Positions 8,788-20,241 of a DNA stretch of 64,000 bases are shown piece by piece. The notes under the pieces were generated by a model. The model did no database searches, was not told where the DNA came from, and saw nothing but the letters and a program-made list of their open reading frames with translations. Source of the stretch: Macrostomum lignano. Its lineage: Eukaryota. Within the stretch, counting starts at the first letter, position 1, and every line of letters begins with the position of its first letter. The stretch is taken from contig NIVC01000778.1 of the NCBI GenBank assembly GCA_002269645.1, positions 1-64,000 on the forward strand. The letters run 5' to 3'. Position numbers and translations under genes: made by a program.

Positions 8788-11700
8788 ATGGCGTCAGTTC
8801 GATTTCTACGCAGCGCCACTAGCGTAGGAGCCATTCGCTTCGCTTGCTATCAGGCTCGCAGCTTTTGCTCCGGTGGTGGTGGACTCAGTGCCGCCGCTGC
8901 TACTGCCACTGAATCTGCCGGGTCTAGCGGTGCTTCGCTTCAACACGCCGATCAAGGCGTTGAAGCTGGCGGTATTTTAAATGCAGCCAAATATGGCGGC
9001 CGACACCACGTGTCGCTGATTCCTGGCGACGGGATCGGGCCGGAATTGATGGACTCGGTTAAAACCATAGTTAATGTAGCCGGATCGCCCATTGATTTCG
9101 AGGAGATACCGCTGTCTGCCGAGCGAGGCACAGACGAGGACATGCGCAGGGCTATACTGTCTATTAAACGAAATGGCGTGGGGCTGAAAGGAAATTTAGA
9201 AACTTTTGAAGGTAAGTTTCAATAAATTGATAGTTTAAGGCCTTAAGCTACTATTAGTAGAGTAGCATGCTTTCTAATGCGAGTGAAAAGTGAGTCAATT
9301 GATTATATAGGGTTATTGGTTCTTGTCAATTGAAATAATTAATCAGGGGTCGCCAAAATTTTTACATTGATGTGCAGATGAAGAACCTTGCTAATAATGG
9401 CCTCGGGCCAGTGGAGAGAGGAAAGAAGAAGGAATAGAGGAGAAAAGGGAAAGGAGACGAGGGATGATAGAAGAGAGGAAAGGCGAGAAAGGAGATAAAA
9501 GGAGAGATGAGATATTTGATATAAGAGAAAAGAAGGACTTTGGATAAGGATGAAAGATGAAATGAGAGAAGAGATGAGAAAGATAAAGAAAAGAGAGGAG
9601 AGAACAGAAGAAGGGCGAGAGGAGAGAAAAGCGGCCAGAGTAGAGGGGGGAGAGAGAAGATAAGAGAGCTCAAAAGAGACACAAACCCTGAGCAGGCCGA
9701 ATTGCCGTTATGAAGTTTCAAAGGACCCGGTGGCCGGAATTTGCTGACCCTTGACATAAAATGAATCATGGTTTTGCATCAACATTTACTCTTCGCTGCT
9801 TCAGTACTGCTCGTCTAACTCTGGTGTTTTATTAGCTAATGGTTTTTTGTTGCAAAGTACTTGTCGTAATTTATAATAGTAAGAGGGTAGTTAATTATTC
9901 AATAAGGCAATTAAATCTGTGTTACTTTAAATTTTACTTATCCTACAGCTAACACTGACTACACTGTTATGGGAGGTGAGTTGTTAAATGTACTTATCTT
10001 ACCAGATGCTGTTAGTTATTGCAGGCTTTGGAATTTTTTCTGTTAGTACAAAATGTTTGATACATTTATAGCAGAGGTCAGCCAGCTCCGCATGCGTAGC
10101 CTCTCTATCCGGCCCCGCTCAAGGCTTATTTGTCATCTCAGCTCTCTTCTCTTTTTTTCTTTCCTATCCTCTCATCCCCCTCTCCCCTCTCCTCTCTCCG
10201 GCTCAGACCGGATAAGCTCAGACAGTGTAGTATTGTAATAACTTCTAGACGAATTGAAGATGTTTAATTCTATTTTACATTCCATTGATAAAGATTCAAA
10301 TTTTATAAGCCTTACCGCAAAGGATAAAGTAGTTTACGTAATAACTTATCAAGATAGACGTAAAGGATATTCTAGAAAAAAATTATGACATATGACAAGC
10401 TTGAATGCTTGTCCTGAGGCTTCAGGTTAGTTGGTACCCAAAATGCTTGAGCCCCTCAGTCCTTGGACTGAACAGCCGTGTTTTGTATTTTTTCACCGCC
10501 TCATTTTATTTTCTAATCTTTTAAAATTAATTTTCGTTCTGTTAATTGTTTTGTATTGCAAATTTATATATCATTTTTAGTAATCTAAGCATTCCCCCTC
10601 CCAAGCCTTGACATCTTAGCAATTCCCCCTCCCAAGCCTTGACATCTTAGCAATTCCCCCTCCCAAGCCTTGACATCTTAGCAATTCCCCCTCCCAAGCC
10701 TTGACATCTTAGCAATTCCCCCTAAGCCTTGACATCTCAGCAATTCCCCCTCCCAAGCCTTGACATCTTAGCAAAACCCCCTCCCAAGCCTTGACATCTA
10801 AGCAATTCCCCCTCCCAAGCCTTGACATCTAAGCAATTCCCCCTCCCAAGCCTTGACATCTAAGCAACTCCCCCTCCCAAGCCTTGACATCTAAGCAATT
10901 CCCCCTCCCAAGCCTTGACATCTAAGCATTCCCTCCAAGCCTTGACATCTAAGCATTCCCTCCAAGCCTTGACATCGAAGCAATCCCCCTCCCAAGCCTT
11001 GACATCTCAGCAATCCCCCTATATGCCTTGACTTCACAACATTTAGCTCTTTAAGGTTTATTTTTAGTATATAGAAGTATGTTGAAAACACCAATTTGTA
11101 ATTGAATAATGCAATTAATTTTTTAATTAGGCATGACATCGAAGAATGTTCAGCTCCGAACTAAGCTGGACCTGTTCGCCTATGTACAGCGCTGTAAATC
11201 TATCGAAGGTGTGCCGTCTCGTTACAGCGACATTGACATACTGGTTATACGCGAGAACACGGAAGGTGAATACAGCCAATTGGAGCATTTCAACGTGCCT
11301 GGCGTTGTTGAAAGCTTTAAAATTATCACTGAAGCTAAGAGTCGACAGATTGCTAAGTTTGCCTTCGATACGGCTATTAAAACTAGGCGCCATCGCGTCA
11401 CGGCGGTGCACAAGGCCAATATTATGAAACTATCCGACGGCCTGTTCTTAGACGTCTGTCGAGATGTCGCTCGCGACTATCCTAGCATTGAGTTTAACGA
11501 TGTTATAGTTGACAATTGTTGCATGCAGCTGGTTGCTAGGCCGCAACAATTCGATATAATGGTATTGCCGAATCTCTATGGCAATATAATTGGCAATATT
11601 GCCGCCGGTTTAGTTGGCGGTCCCGGCGTAGCCGCTGGTATGAATATTGGACGTAAATACGCCGTATTCGAGGCTGGTACGAGAAATTCTGGCAGATCAA

Positions 11701-11918
11701 TCCGCGGTAAAAATATTGCTAATCCATCGGCTCTGTTGCTAACGACAGCTGATATGCTGGAGTATTTAGGCGATGCCGAGGATGCTAAAAAGCTGCGTAA
11801 TGCTGTGCTAACTGTGCTGCGTAGCGGCATTCGAACGCCGGACCTAGGCGGTTCGTCCAACACCAAGGAGGTTGTGGACGCTGTGGTGCAGTATCTACTG
11901 CAAGTTCGAGGTCATTGA
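8788..11918 (+). CDS. IDH3G: Isocitrate dehydrogenase [NAD] subunit gamma, mitochondrial
   Basis: join(8788..9211,11131..11918), phase-1 GT-AG intron. Motifs KYGGRHHVSLIPGDGIGPEL, RENTEGEYS, TAVHKANIMKLSDGLF, PNLYGNI and NIANPSA. The N-terminus resembles a mitochondrial presequence. Confidence 0.92.
9344..9753 (+). mobile_element. hAT/Charlie-like MITE with GA-rich core
   Basis: Imperfect TIRs CAGGGGTCGCCAAA and TTTGCTGACCCTTG enclose a GA-rich tract and the family motif AGAGACACAAACCYTGAGC. No clean TSD. Confidence 0.7.
10072..10200 (-). mobile_element. hAT-like MITE fragment (same family)
   Basis: CAGAGGTCAGCCAGCT end plus CCCGCTCAAGG, followed by a CT-rich tract. Confidence 0.55.
10588..11022. 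repeat. 31-bp minisatellite (about 14 copies) in IDH3G intron
   Basis: Unit AGCAATTCCCCCTCCCAAGCCTTGACATCTT, period 31. Confidence 0.97.
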
Positions 11919-11996
11919 ATTGCGTGTGTACTTTTAGGCAGTCAAAAGTACTGTGCCAGGCGACACATGATGTGACATAGTTTTAGATGGCAGAAA

Positions 11997-12438
11997 CCAC
12001 ATATACTAGAATAACTAAATGGGCCACTCAGGCATATATTACAACAGCTTTCTACTTTCATTTCAGTAGCGAAGAATACATAAGCTATTTTTAAAATAAA
12101 GGCAGCTGAAATGACTTTAATAAGTTTAAGAAGCCCAAGCTTGCAGGCGTAAACATGCTAATTGGTTCAGCCATAATGTACATTAGCCAGTCCACTGAAA
12201 TGTACATGGCAGCTTTGGGCTGGAATTCCGAGAAAAGCAATAAAAATTGGGTGGCGGGGCGTGGGCTAGTGTGGAAAGGCGCGGTTTTAGAGAGGGTTTT
12301 AGCTGGGTGGATATGAGCCATTGAATAAGCCTTGAAATTACAAACGGATTAAAATACTTCAGTTTAACTTACTACTAAACTAAGTAGTTTACACGCAAAT
12401 GTACGGAGTGGCCCATCTAGTTATTCTAATATCTGTGG
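11997..12438. mobile_element. Unclassified MITE with 33-bp terminal inverted repeats
   Basis: CCACATATACTAGAATAACTAAATGGGCCACTC at 11997 matches the reverse complement of the right end, CCACAGATATTAGAATAACTAGATGGGCCACTC, with 3 mismatches. A related copy lies at 38314. Confidence 0.8.
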
Positions 12439-12896
12439 TAGGAACCTGTTGTTTAAAAAAGCTGATCGTTTAAACAAATAAATTGTGCACAAACACACAG
12501 GAAACTTTAATGTCTATTCTAACCTCGATAAATTAGTTATATGGTAATAATGTTGACTAGCAGAAAAAACTTTTATCGTTAGGTCATTGCTTGTTAATTT
12601 ATAATATCTCATTTTCATTTTCATATATTTTATTTAGTTGCTGTCAGTTTAAAAAATTATGAACATTTTTTATTAGTAACGTAGACATATGTCCATATTT
12701 ATAAAGTTAACAAAATCATTAGATTAAATAAATATACTCTGCGATATTTTTTGCTTGAACCAAGCGTTCTTTTCTCTTTCTAAATTAATTTTATTATTTT
12801 TTTAGTACTTAGATTTTAGAACGTGCTAGTAGTATATTAAGAGTGTAGCGTAGCTTTAAACGCGTTAGGACTACAGTTTAATAATAATTACAATAT

Positions 12897-13005
12897 GGGT
12901 TGTGCGCCTTTGGCGAAATCTTTAAACACTCATACACACGCTCACACAGGGTGTACAGCAGCCCTTTTTTGACTTTCTAATCGTCAGGCATGTGCACTTT
13001 TCTGC
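12897..13005 (-). mobile_element. Internally deleted SINE family A fragment directly upstream of BET1L
   Basis: Matches the antisense 3' tail (GTGCGCCTTTGGCG) and body (ACACAGGGTGTACAGCAGCCC...ATCGTCAGGCATGTGCACTT) of family A. Confidence 0.7.
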
Positions 13006-13021
13006 TTGTAAAACACTAGTC

Positions 13022-13378
13022 ATGTCAAATGGCGGAGCCAGTGGCGCCGGTCAGTCCAGACGCGACTGGCACGATGAGCAGACTCTATTGAATGAGAATG
13101 ATCAAAGAGCGGAGTTGTTGGCCGCTAAATTGTCTACATTACGAGGTCACGCTAAAGATATTGACTCTGAAGTGAATCGGTCTAACACAGTGTTAGACGG
13201 TATGAGCTCAGATTTTGGTTCGGCTCAAGGACTACTAGAGAATACTTTTGGCCGAGTACAGGGCTTCGCTAGCAGAGCAGGTACTGATCGCCGTCTGATG
13301 TGCTACATTGTTGGCGGGGCTGTGTTCTGCTTTATTCTAGTTTATTATGTTGGCCTGTCTCTGGTGCGGAGATATTGA
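13022..13378 (+). CDS. BET1L: BET1-like Golgi Qc-SNARE (GS15)
   Basis: Single exon, 118 aa. SNARE helix LLNENDQRAELLAAKLSTLRGHAKDIDSEV...LDGMSSDF and a C-terminal transmembrane anchor. Confidence 0.85.
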   Translation: MSNGGASGAGQSRRDWHDEQTLLNENDQRAELLAAKLSTLRGHAKDIDSEVNRSNTVLDGMSSDFGSAQGLLENTFGRVQGFASRAGTDRRLMCYIVGGAVFCFILVYYVGLSLVRRY

Positions 13379-13491
13379 TGAGAATTAACTATTTTTCTTA
13401 CATGCTGTTTTATGCGCCAAAGATTTGATTTCTGAATATGTATTTTACGGTTTTACCTATGTCTTCCCTTTTTCTCTGACTGGTTTTTTCT

Positions 13492-13790
13492 GACATTGTC
13501 ACTCAACCGGCGAGAGGCATTGCTGCCCCCATTCCGCCGACTCCCCCTGAGCAGGCACACAAGCGCGCGGATACGTACGCAGTCATACGCACAGGCACAC
13601 ACTCACAGGTGTACAGCGGCCCTAACTTTATTTATCGTTAGGCATGTACACTTTGCTGTGCCTTGGGGGTTGGCCCTCAAGCTGGGCGTTAATTGCACGA
13701 GCAGAGCCAAGCCGAGATTCCAATTCAGCCCCAAATTAATGCGACTGCACTTGGAATCGAGCCTGGGCCGCTGGCACATTAGAGTGCTGC
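13492..13790 (-). mobile_element. tRNA-derived SINE family A, 5'-clipped copy
   Basis: Reverse complement of the 37442-37790 copy, including the B-box GGCTCGATTCC. Confidence 0.9.
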
Positions 13791-14385
13791 TTCAGTTCTT
13801 CTGTTAAGCATCCTTGACTGCGGTTAGTACTTGTTATAGTTAGCGAGTGAAAATTTCCCAGTACATGTAAAAATGAAGTGTCAAAATGTGCGAAAGGCAC
13901 TACTTACACAAAAATTGTTGGGCAAAACTCGTGATTTTGTGAGTGACCCGTCGATTTCATCTGTAATTAATTTTTTCTGGTAATTTGGAAATCAATTTTT
14001 TGAGTGCTTGTATTCTATTTGAAGTTTGTTCACAAGTGCTCATAACTAAAATCATGTGTCGAGTTTAAAACTCTGTGTGCTCTTTTTATGAGTATTTTCT
14101 GAAATTAATCTCTCATATTTTATTGTGGTATTGTTGTTGCATTGTATTTGCTTGTACAGTCAGGCTCAACAAAGCATATCAAATTAGAAATTTCTAAGCA
14201 CATTATTAAAGAGACAAAGTCTATTGCATTGTCATGCTTAAAATAAATAAATGAGTTAACAAATTTTTTTTTTTGAATTTTTTCTGGTTTTCTTTATTTT
14301 GAATTGCTAGAAAGTTACAGCAGATTTCCATACGCATTTTGAATTGACCTTTTTAGTAATACTATTCCAGCCACAGTTAGTAACC

Positions 14386-15222
14386 ATGGCAAAAACTGCA
14401 TCGAGTCTATTGCTGTCCAACAATATCAGACTCTATACTGCCAGGATATCGTCCAGTTCACGCCGGCCTCTTGTTGTATTCTTCCCCTGGCTGCTTGCCA
14501 AAGAGGGTCCAGTGAATAAATTTGTCGAATTGTATCACAGATTAGGTCTGGACGTGATCGTGGCCCAGGGCCAAGCCAAGCATTTTGTTGCACCACAGTC
14601 TGGTAGGAAGTTTGTAGCCGACTTGCATCAATGTCTTGTCGGTCAGAACTGGCTTGATGGCAGGGACTTATTCTTTCACGGAACCTCGGTTGGCGCCTAT
14701 CTGTTGACTTTATTTCAAATGCGTCTAGCTGAACAGCATAATCAGCAGGTGTTGGATTCTTCATTGAACGGCTGTCTGCGTGGCCAGGTAATGGACAGTA
14801 TTGTCTATGGCAGCGTTGATCGCATGGTTACTGGCCTAGTTGACAATGTTGTCCAGCTTAGATTTCTGCGCAGCCTATCGCACTATCTTATTGGCGGCTA
14901 TTTCAATGCATTCCACTCTTCTACTCTGCAGTTCTATCAGACAAGTATTGATTTCTATCAGAGTAGGCTGGCACCAACGCCTGTGTTGTTTGTTTACAGT
15001 GCCAATGATTCGTTATGCGATACGAATCTATTAGAACAGCACCTGTTGCCAACTATGCAAGCTAGAGGTCACACTATCGACACTCTTAGTTGGCCGGAGT
15101 CCATACACGCTGCTCACTACTATCAGCATCCTGACGAGTATGTTAAAGCATTGGAAAAATTTATAATTAGTAATTGTCGCGATCCATTGTCGAATTTGCC
15201 TAATCCAAGTGCTAAGCTGTAG
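14386..15222 (+). CDS. TMEM53/DUF829 family alpha/beta-hydrolase-fold protein
   Basis: Single exon, 278 aa. Motifs PLVVFFPWLLAK, FFHGTSVGA, PVLFVYSAND and WPESIHAAHY fit DUF829. Confidence 0.8.
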   Translation: MAKTASSLLLSNNIRLYTARISSSSRRPLVVFFPWLLAKEGPVNKFVELYHRLGLDVIVAQGQAKHFVAPQSGRKFVADLHQCLVGQNWLDGRDLFFHGTSVGAYLLTLFQMRLAEQHNQQVLDSSLNGCLRGQVMDSIVYGSVDRMVTGLVDNVVQLRFLRSLSHYLIGGYFNAFHSSTLQFYQTSIDFYQSRLAPTPVLFVYSANDSLCDTNLLEQHLLPTMQARGHTIDTLSWPESIHAAHYYQHPDEYVKALEKFIISNCRDPLSNLPNPSAKL

Positions 15223-15396
15223 TTTGTTGATTTTCTTTCTGTGCTTTACGAAAAACTAATGTTAGGCTGCTAGCTTGTTTAAACCTTTGAGTGATTTATT
15301 CATGATCGATTATTATGCCTCAGTAAAACCTAGTTCATTGATTCATTGTCGCGAAGTCAAGTTAGTAGTAGTATAATTTTTTGGTATTGTTTAAAT

Positions 15397-15985
15397 TAGA
15401 CATCGGCAAACGCGGGCCCGTGGGTCACGTATAGCTCGAGAAGCCTTAATCTGGCCCGCTCAAGGTTTATATTCTGGTTTATGTCTCCTCTCAGCTCTCT
15501 TCAACTTTCTCCCCTCCCTCTCTCCTTCCCCTATCTACTCTCTCCTCTTCTAAACTCCTCTCCTCTCTTCTCTCTCCCCCTTCTCTAATCTCTTCTCTCC
15601 TCTCTCCTCTCCCCCTTCTCTACTCTCCTCTCTGTCCTCTCTTTTCTACTCCCCTCTTCTCTCCTCTCTTTTCTTCTCTACCCCCTCCTCTCTTCTGTAC
15701 TCTCTCCTCTTCTCTCCTTCGTCCATTCTTCTCTACTCCCTACTCTATTTTCTCTTCTCTCCTCTTCTTTATTCCCTCCTCTTCTCTGCTCTCTCCCCTC
15801 TTCTCTACCCTCTCCTCATATTTTCCTTTGTCCCTTCTCTCATTTTCTCTTATCTCACCTCTTATCTCTTCTTTTCTCTTCTCTCTTTAATCCCTCTCTT
15901 TTCTCTCACGTAGGCCCGCAACAATGAGCTGATGATTAGATTCTTTGTTATCTGCCCTTGAGGTAGAAAAGTGTTCCCATCTCTG
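15397..15985 (-). mobile_element. hAT/Charlie-like MITE with expanded CT-rich core
   Basis: Ends ACATCGGCAAACGCGGGCCCG and GTGTTCCCATCTCTG. Contains GGCCCGCTCAAGG and about 420 nt of CT-rich sequence. Confidence 0.65.
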
Positions 15986-16309
15986 GTTGAAATTTTATCT
16001 GTCCGCAATTAGCTTTTAAAGATGTTGATAATTGTTTAAGCATATATATAACTGATTTAAATTTCCGCTGTATTTCCAAAGCATATATGATTTGTAGTAA
16101 AGACGGCATAACATAACTTAGTTCTAATGCGCTCTGTGTGTGTATTAATAGATTCTTTACTTATATAAATAAACATATAATCTACTGATTTTTCAATTTG
16201 TAAATAAGTTTCTCTTTTGTTATCTTTTGTATTGATATCGATCAAAGCATATCTTTGTGTCTCTTAAGTATCTGTAAGCATGTGTTTGCCAGTGCCTTAG
16301 TGTCTGTCG

Positions 16310-17800
16310 GTGCTTGTCCTAGTGTCTTCTAAGTGTCTGTTTTAGTGTCTGTCTTATCGTCTGTCTTATTTTCTGTCCTAGTGTCTTTCCTAGTGGCTGT
16401 CTTAGTGGCTGTCCTATTGTCTGTCTTAGTGCCCGTTCTAGTGCCTGTCCTAGTGTCTGTCCTATTGTCTGTCTTAGTGCCCGTTCTAGTGCCTGTCCTA
16501 GTGTCTGTCCTAGTGTCTTTCCTAGTGGCTGTCTTAGTGGCTGTCCTAGTGTCTGTCTTAGTGCCCGTTCTAGAGTCTGTCCTAGTGTCTGTCCTATTGT
16601 CTGTCTTAGTGCCCGTTCTAGTGCCTGTCCTAGTGTCTTTCCTAGTGCCTGTCCTAGTGTCTGTCCTATTGTCTGTCTTAGTGCCCGTTCTAGTGCCTGT
16701 CCTAGTGTCTGTCCTATTGTCTGTCTTAGTGCCCGTTCTAGTGCCTGTCCTAGTGTCTGTCCTAGTGTCTTTCCTAGTGGCTGTCTTAGTGGCTGTCCTA
16801 GTGTCTGTCTTAGTGCCCGTTCTAGTGTCTGTCCTAGTGTCTGTCCTATTGTCTGTCTTAGTGCCCGTTCTAGTGCCTGTCCTAGTGTCTTTCCTAGTGC
16901 CTGTCCTAGTGTCTGTCCTATTGTCTGTCTTAGTACCCGTTCTAGTGCCTGTCCTAGTGTCTGTCCTAGTGTCTTTCCTAGTGGCTGTCTTAGTGACTGT
17001 CCTAGTGTCTGTCTTAGTGCCCGTTCTAGTGTCTGTCCTAGTGTCTGTCCTATTGTCTGTCTTAGTGCCCGTTCTAGTGCCCGTTCTAGTGCCTGTCCTA
17101 GTTTCTGTCCTAGTGTCTTTCCTAGTGGCTGTCTTAGTGTCTGTCCTATTGTCTGTCTTAGTGCCCGTTCTAGTGCCTGTCCTAGTGTCTGTCCTAGTGT
17201 CTGTCCTAGTGTCTTTCCTAGTGGCTGTCTTAGTGGCTGTCCTATTGTCTGTCTTAGTGCCCGTTCTAGTGCCTGTCCTAGTGTCTGTCCTAGTGTCTTT
17301 CCTAGTGGCTGTCTTAGTGGCTGTCCTAGTGTCTGTCTTAGTGCCCGTTCTAGTGTCTGTCCTAGTGTCTGTCCTATTGTCTGTCTTAGTGCCCGTTCTA
17401 GTGCCTGTCCTAGTGTCTGTCCTAGTTTCTGTCCTAGTGTCTTTCCTAGTGGCTGTCTTAGTGGCTGTCCTATTGTCTGTCTTAGTGCCCGTTCTAGTGC
17501 CTGTCCTAGTGTCTGTCCTAGTGTCTTTCCTAGTGGCTGTCTTAGTGGCTGTCCTAGTGTCTTTCCTAGTGGCTGTCTTAGTGGCTGTCCTAGTGTCTGT
17601 CTTAGTGCCCGTTCTAGTGCCCGTTCTAGTGCCTGTCCTAGTTTCTGTCCTAGTGTCTTTCCTAGTGGCTGTCTTAGTGTCTGTCCTATTGTCTGTCTTA
17701 GTGCCCGTTCTAGTGCCTGTCCTAGTGTCTTTCCTAGTGGCTGTCTTAGTGGCTGTCCTAGTGTTTGTCTTAGTGTCTGTCTTAGCATTTGTTATAATGT
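16310..17800. repeat. 12-bp-unit satellite (about 120 units, higher-order structure)
   Basis: Unit variants GTCCTAGTGTCT, GTCTTAGTGGCT, GTTCTAGTGCCT and TTCCTAGTGGCT. It produces three ORFs of about 490 aa. Confidence 0.97.
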
Positions 17801-18049
17801 CTGTTTTAATGCCTGTCATAAATTTTTCTTAATGTATTCTTGGGTATGGAACAAATAGGCTTGTTATAATGCAGCCTAAACTTACTTATTAAGCTGATCA
17901 TTTAGTATTGATTTGCGCTGCCAAGACACTCATTGTTGTATTTTGATACAAGTTTATTGCCTTATAATCAATTTATTGCATGTAAAGTATATCGCACAAG
18001 AAGAGAGAGAGAGAACAAGGGCTATAAATAAAAACATCTTTCCTACTAA

Positions 18050-18865
18050 ATGTTCGGCATCGACGCTTGGTTGAATTCGTCGAATGTCGGCAGCGCCGAG
18101 GCCGGAGCCGACGTGTCGCCGGTGCTAATCGATCCGTGCGATCCGCAGTTCCATTCGATACCGTTTCGTCATATCAAATTGAAAGTTGAAGGCAAATATC
18201 TGTACACAAACACCGGACTGTTGTCGTTAGTGTCTCCGGTGTTTCGTTCGATGTTTTCGCACGATTTTAAAGAGAGTCGCAGCGACGAACTCGAATTGCC
18301 GGACAAATCCTACGAAGCTGTGCTAGCTTTGTTAAATTGCGTGCAGTTGTGTACACCGCCTGAGCAGTTTATCACGCAGGAGAATGTGGTTGCTCTGCTA
18401 GCGCTGTCCAAAGAGTACCAAGTCGGCCTGCTCTGGTCCACATGTTTGCGCTATTTAAAGAACTTTCTCACCGAGGAGAATGTAATCAGATATTTTAGCG
18501 AAGTGAAAGCGGCCAAAATTGAAGAACTAGAATACGTTCTAGTTGCCGAGATCATCCGGTATTATCCGTCTATAGCTAAACTGGAGCAGGAGCCGCATTT
18601 TCTTCAACTAGACGCCTGCACTCGGCAGGGCCTGAAAACCGCTCTGGCCGTGTTAGAGGAGACCAAAACTAAAGAAGTTGAGATTATGCGACGCAAATTT
18701 GAGCTGGACATGTCGCGTCTGCGTCACGAGATGGTGAAGCTGCGGCGGGAGCGGATGGCGCTGATATTTCAGCATTCGGGTACTCAAGCAACCGCTGAGC
18801 CGGCCTCGGCGTCTGTGCATCCGGTTATTAATGACATATTCAGTGAGGATGTTTTTGGCACTTAA
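18050..18865 (+). CDS. BTB/POZ domain protein with C-terminal coiled coil
   Basis: Single exon, 271 aa. HIKLKVEGKYLY...LSLVSPVFRSMFSHDFKES...LELPDKSYEAV...ITQENVVALLALSKEYQV is a canonical BTB pattern. Confidence 0.88.
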   Translation: MFGIDAWLNSSNVGSAEAGADVSPVLIDPCDPQFHSIPFRHIKLKVEGKYLYTNTGLLSLVSPVFRSMFSHDFKESRSDELELPDKSYEAVLALLNCVQLCTPPEQFITQENVVALLALSKEYQVGLLWSTCLRYLKNFLTEENVIRYFSEVKAAKIEELEYVLVAEIIRYYPSIAKLEQEPHFLQLDACTRQGLKTALAVLEETKTKEVEIMRRKFELDMSRLRHEMVKLRRERMALIFQHSGTQATAEPASASVHPVINDIFSEDVFGT

Positions 18866-19007
18866 TATGTATCTATGAAATTAACAACTGTCGACTGAAT
18901 TTGATTTTTTTGTAGATTCTTATTAGCTGCTAACTAAAAAATCAAGTATAGTGTCGATGCATCAGAGTGGAAACATTTTTTACCTCCAGTGCTAGATAAT
19001 TAATCTA

Positions 19008-19430
19008 CATGTAGCTCTTGGCCTGCGGGCCACATCTCTCTACCTGCGGCCCTTGGGTCCGTGAAACTTCACAATAGTTTAATGGCTGTCTCTTCTCAGC
19101 TCTCCTTTCTCTCCCTCTTCTCTTCTCTCCCCTTATTCCCCTCTCCTCTCCCTTTTCTCTCCCCTTTCCTCTCTCCTCTACTATCTCCCCTCATCTTCCC
19201 TCTCCTCTCGCATCTCTCATTCTCTCTTCTGTTTCCTCTATTCCCGCAATTCTTTCCTCTCCTCTCTTTGGCCCACATTCATGCGCTATATCTGGCCATT
19301 CAGTTAAGAAAATGCGTATCATGATCCAGCTTCTGGCTACCAGCCAGATGAGAGAAGATGGAGAGAGGAGTGAATAAATTTAAGGAAGTCACGAAGAGAC
19401 ACAAACCTTGAGCGGGCTGGATTGCTCAAG
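19008..19430. mobile_element. hAT-like MITE remnants (CT-rich copy plus adjacent GA-oriented fragment)
   Basis: GGCCTGCGGGCCAC...GAAACTTCACAATAG plus a CT tract, then GAAGAGACACAAACCTTGAGCGGGC at about 19392. Confidence 0.55.
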
Positions 19431-19933
19431 CTCACAACATATTATCAACAAAAAAACTAGAAAACGAATTTATAAATTCAATCCACTTCAATTAATCTGC
19501 TATATAAAGTAGTCATTTTGCTTATGTGTGTTCCTTAATGGCTCTGGTTGTTTCGCTATTTTGCTAATTCTGCTGTGTTAATTAATATCTGTTGAGATAT
19601 TTTTAGGGAAGCTAAAAATTACAATAGTTCTGTAAAACAAAATTATTAAGGTGTTTAAATTTCGTTCTTAAATGGTTTTTTGTGTACAGCTAGTTGCGCT
19701 TTAGCTTATGCTTTATTAAAATGTGTTTTTTTAGCATGTGATTTGTTTCTTTTTTGATTACTACATTAAATAGTTTGTCCAAAGTTTTGTGTAATAATTA
19801 AAATTGTTGTCATATTCTGACTTGAGACAGATTTCAAAGCGTTTCTCTTTTGTTTCAACTTTTTTTCGATTTGCGCTACTATTAGTAGTTGAATTTAGAA
19901 TCTAATGACTTAATCTAATATAACTAATATTAC

Positions 19934-20129
19934 GGTAGAAGCCGCATAATGAACCTAGGGTAGCATTGAGGCCATTTAACTTATCAGAAGGTAGAAGACG
20001 CCTATTGAGTATAGGGTAGCATTGCGGCCCTGTAACTAATCTGAAGGTAGAAGACACCTCATGACTATAGGGTAGCATTGCGGCCCTGTAACTAATCTGA
20101 AGGTAGAAGACACCTCATGACTATAGGGT
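19934..20129. repeat. 56-bp tandem repeat (about 3.5 copies)
   Basis: GGTAGAAG at 19934, 19990, 20046 and 20102. Confidence 0.9.
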
Positions 20130-20241
20130 ACATGTAGCACTAATTTCATTGAAGTATATTGCAGTAAATTCACTAGTCCCTACTGTTGCGTCATCATTAC
20201 CTAATTGTCATTCAATATGCACTCATGCCTCTGTTACATCA

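Noticed and set aside
17968-17982. TCAATTTATTGCATG, resembling my recollection of a flatworm spliced-leader 3' end
   Set aside because: I cannot verify the SL sequence or the species here. It is only 15 AT-rich nt, partly duplicated just upstream, with no SL-RNA stems or Sm site. A BLAST of the host SL would settle it.
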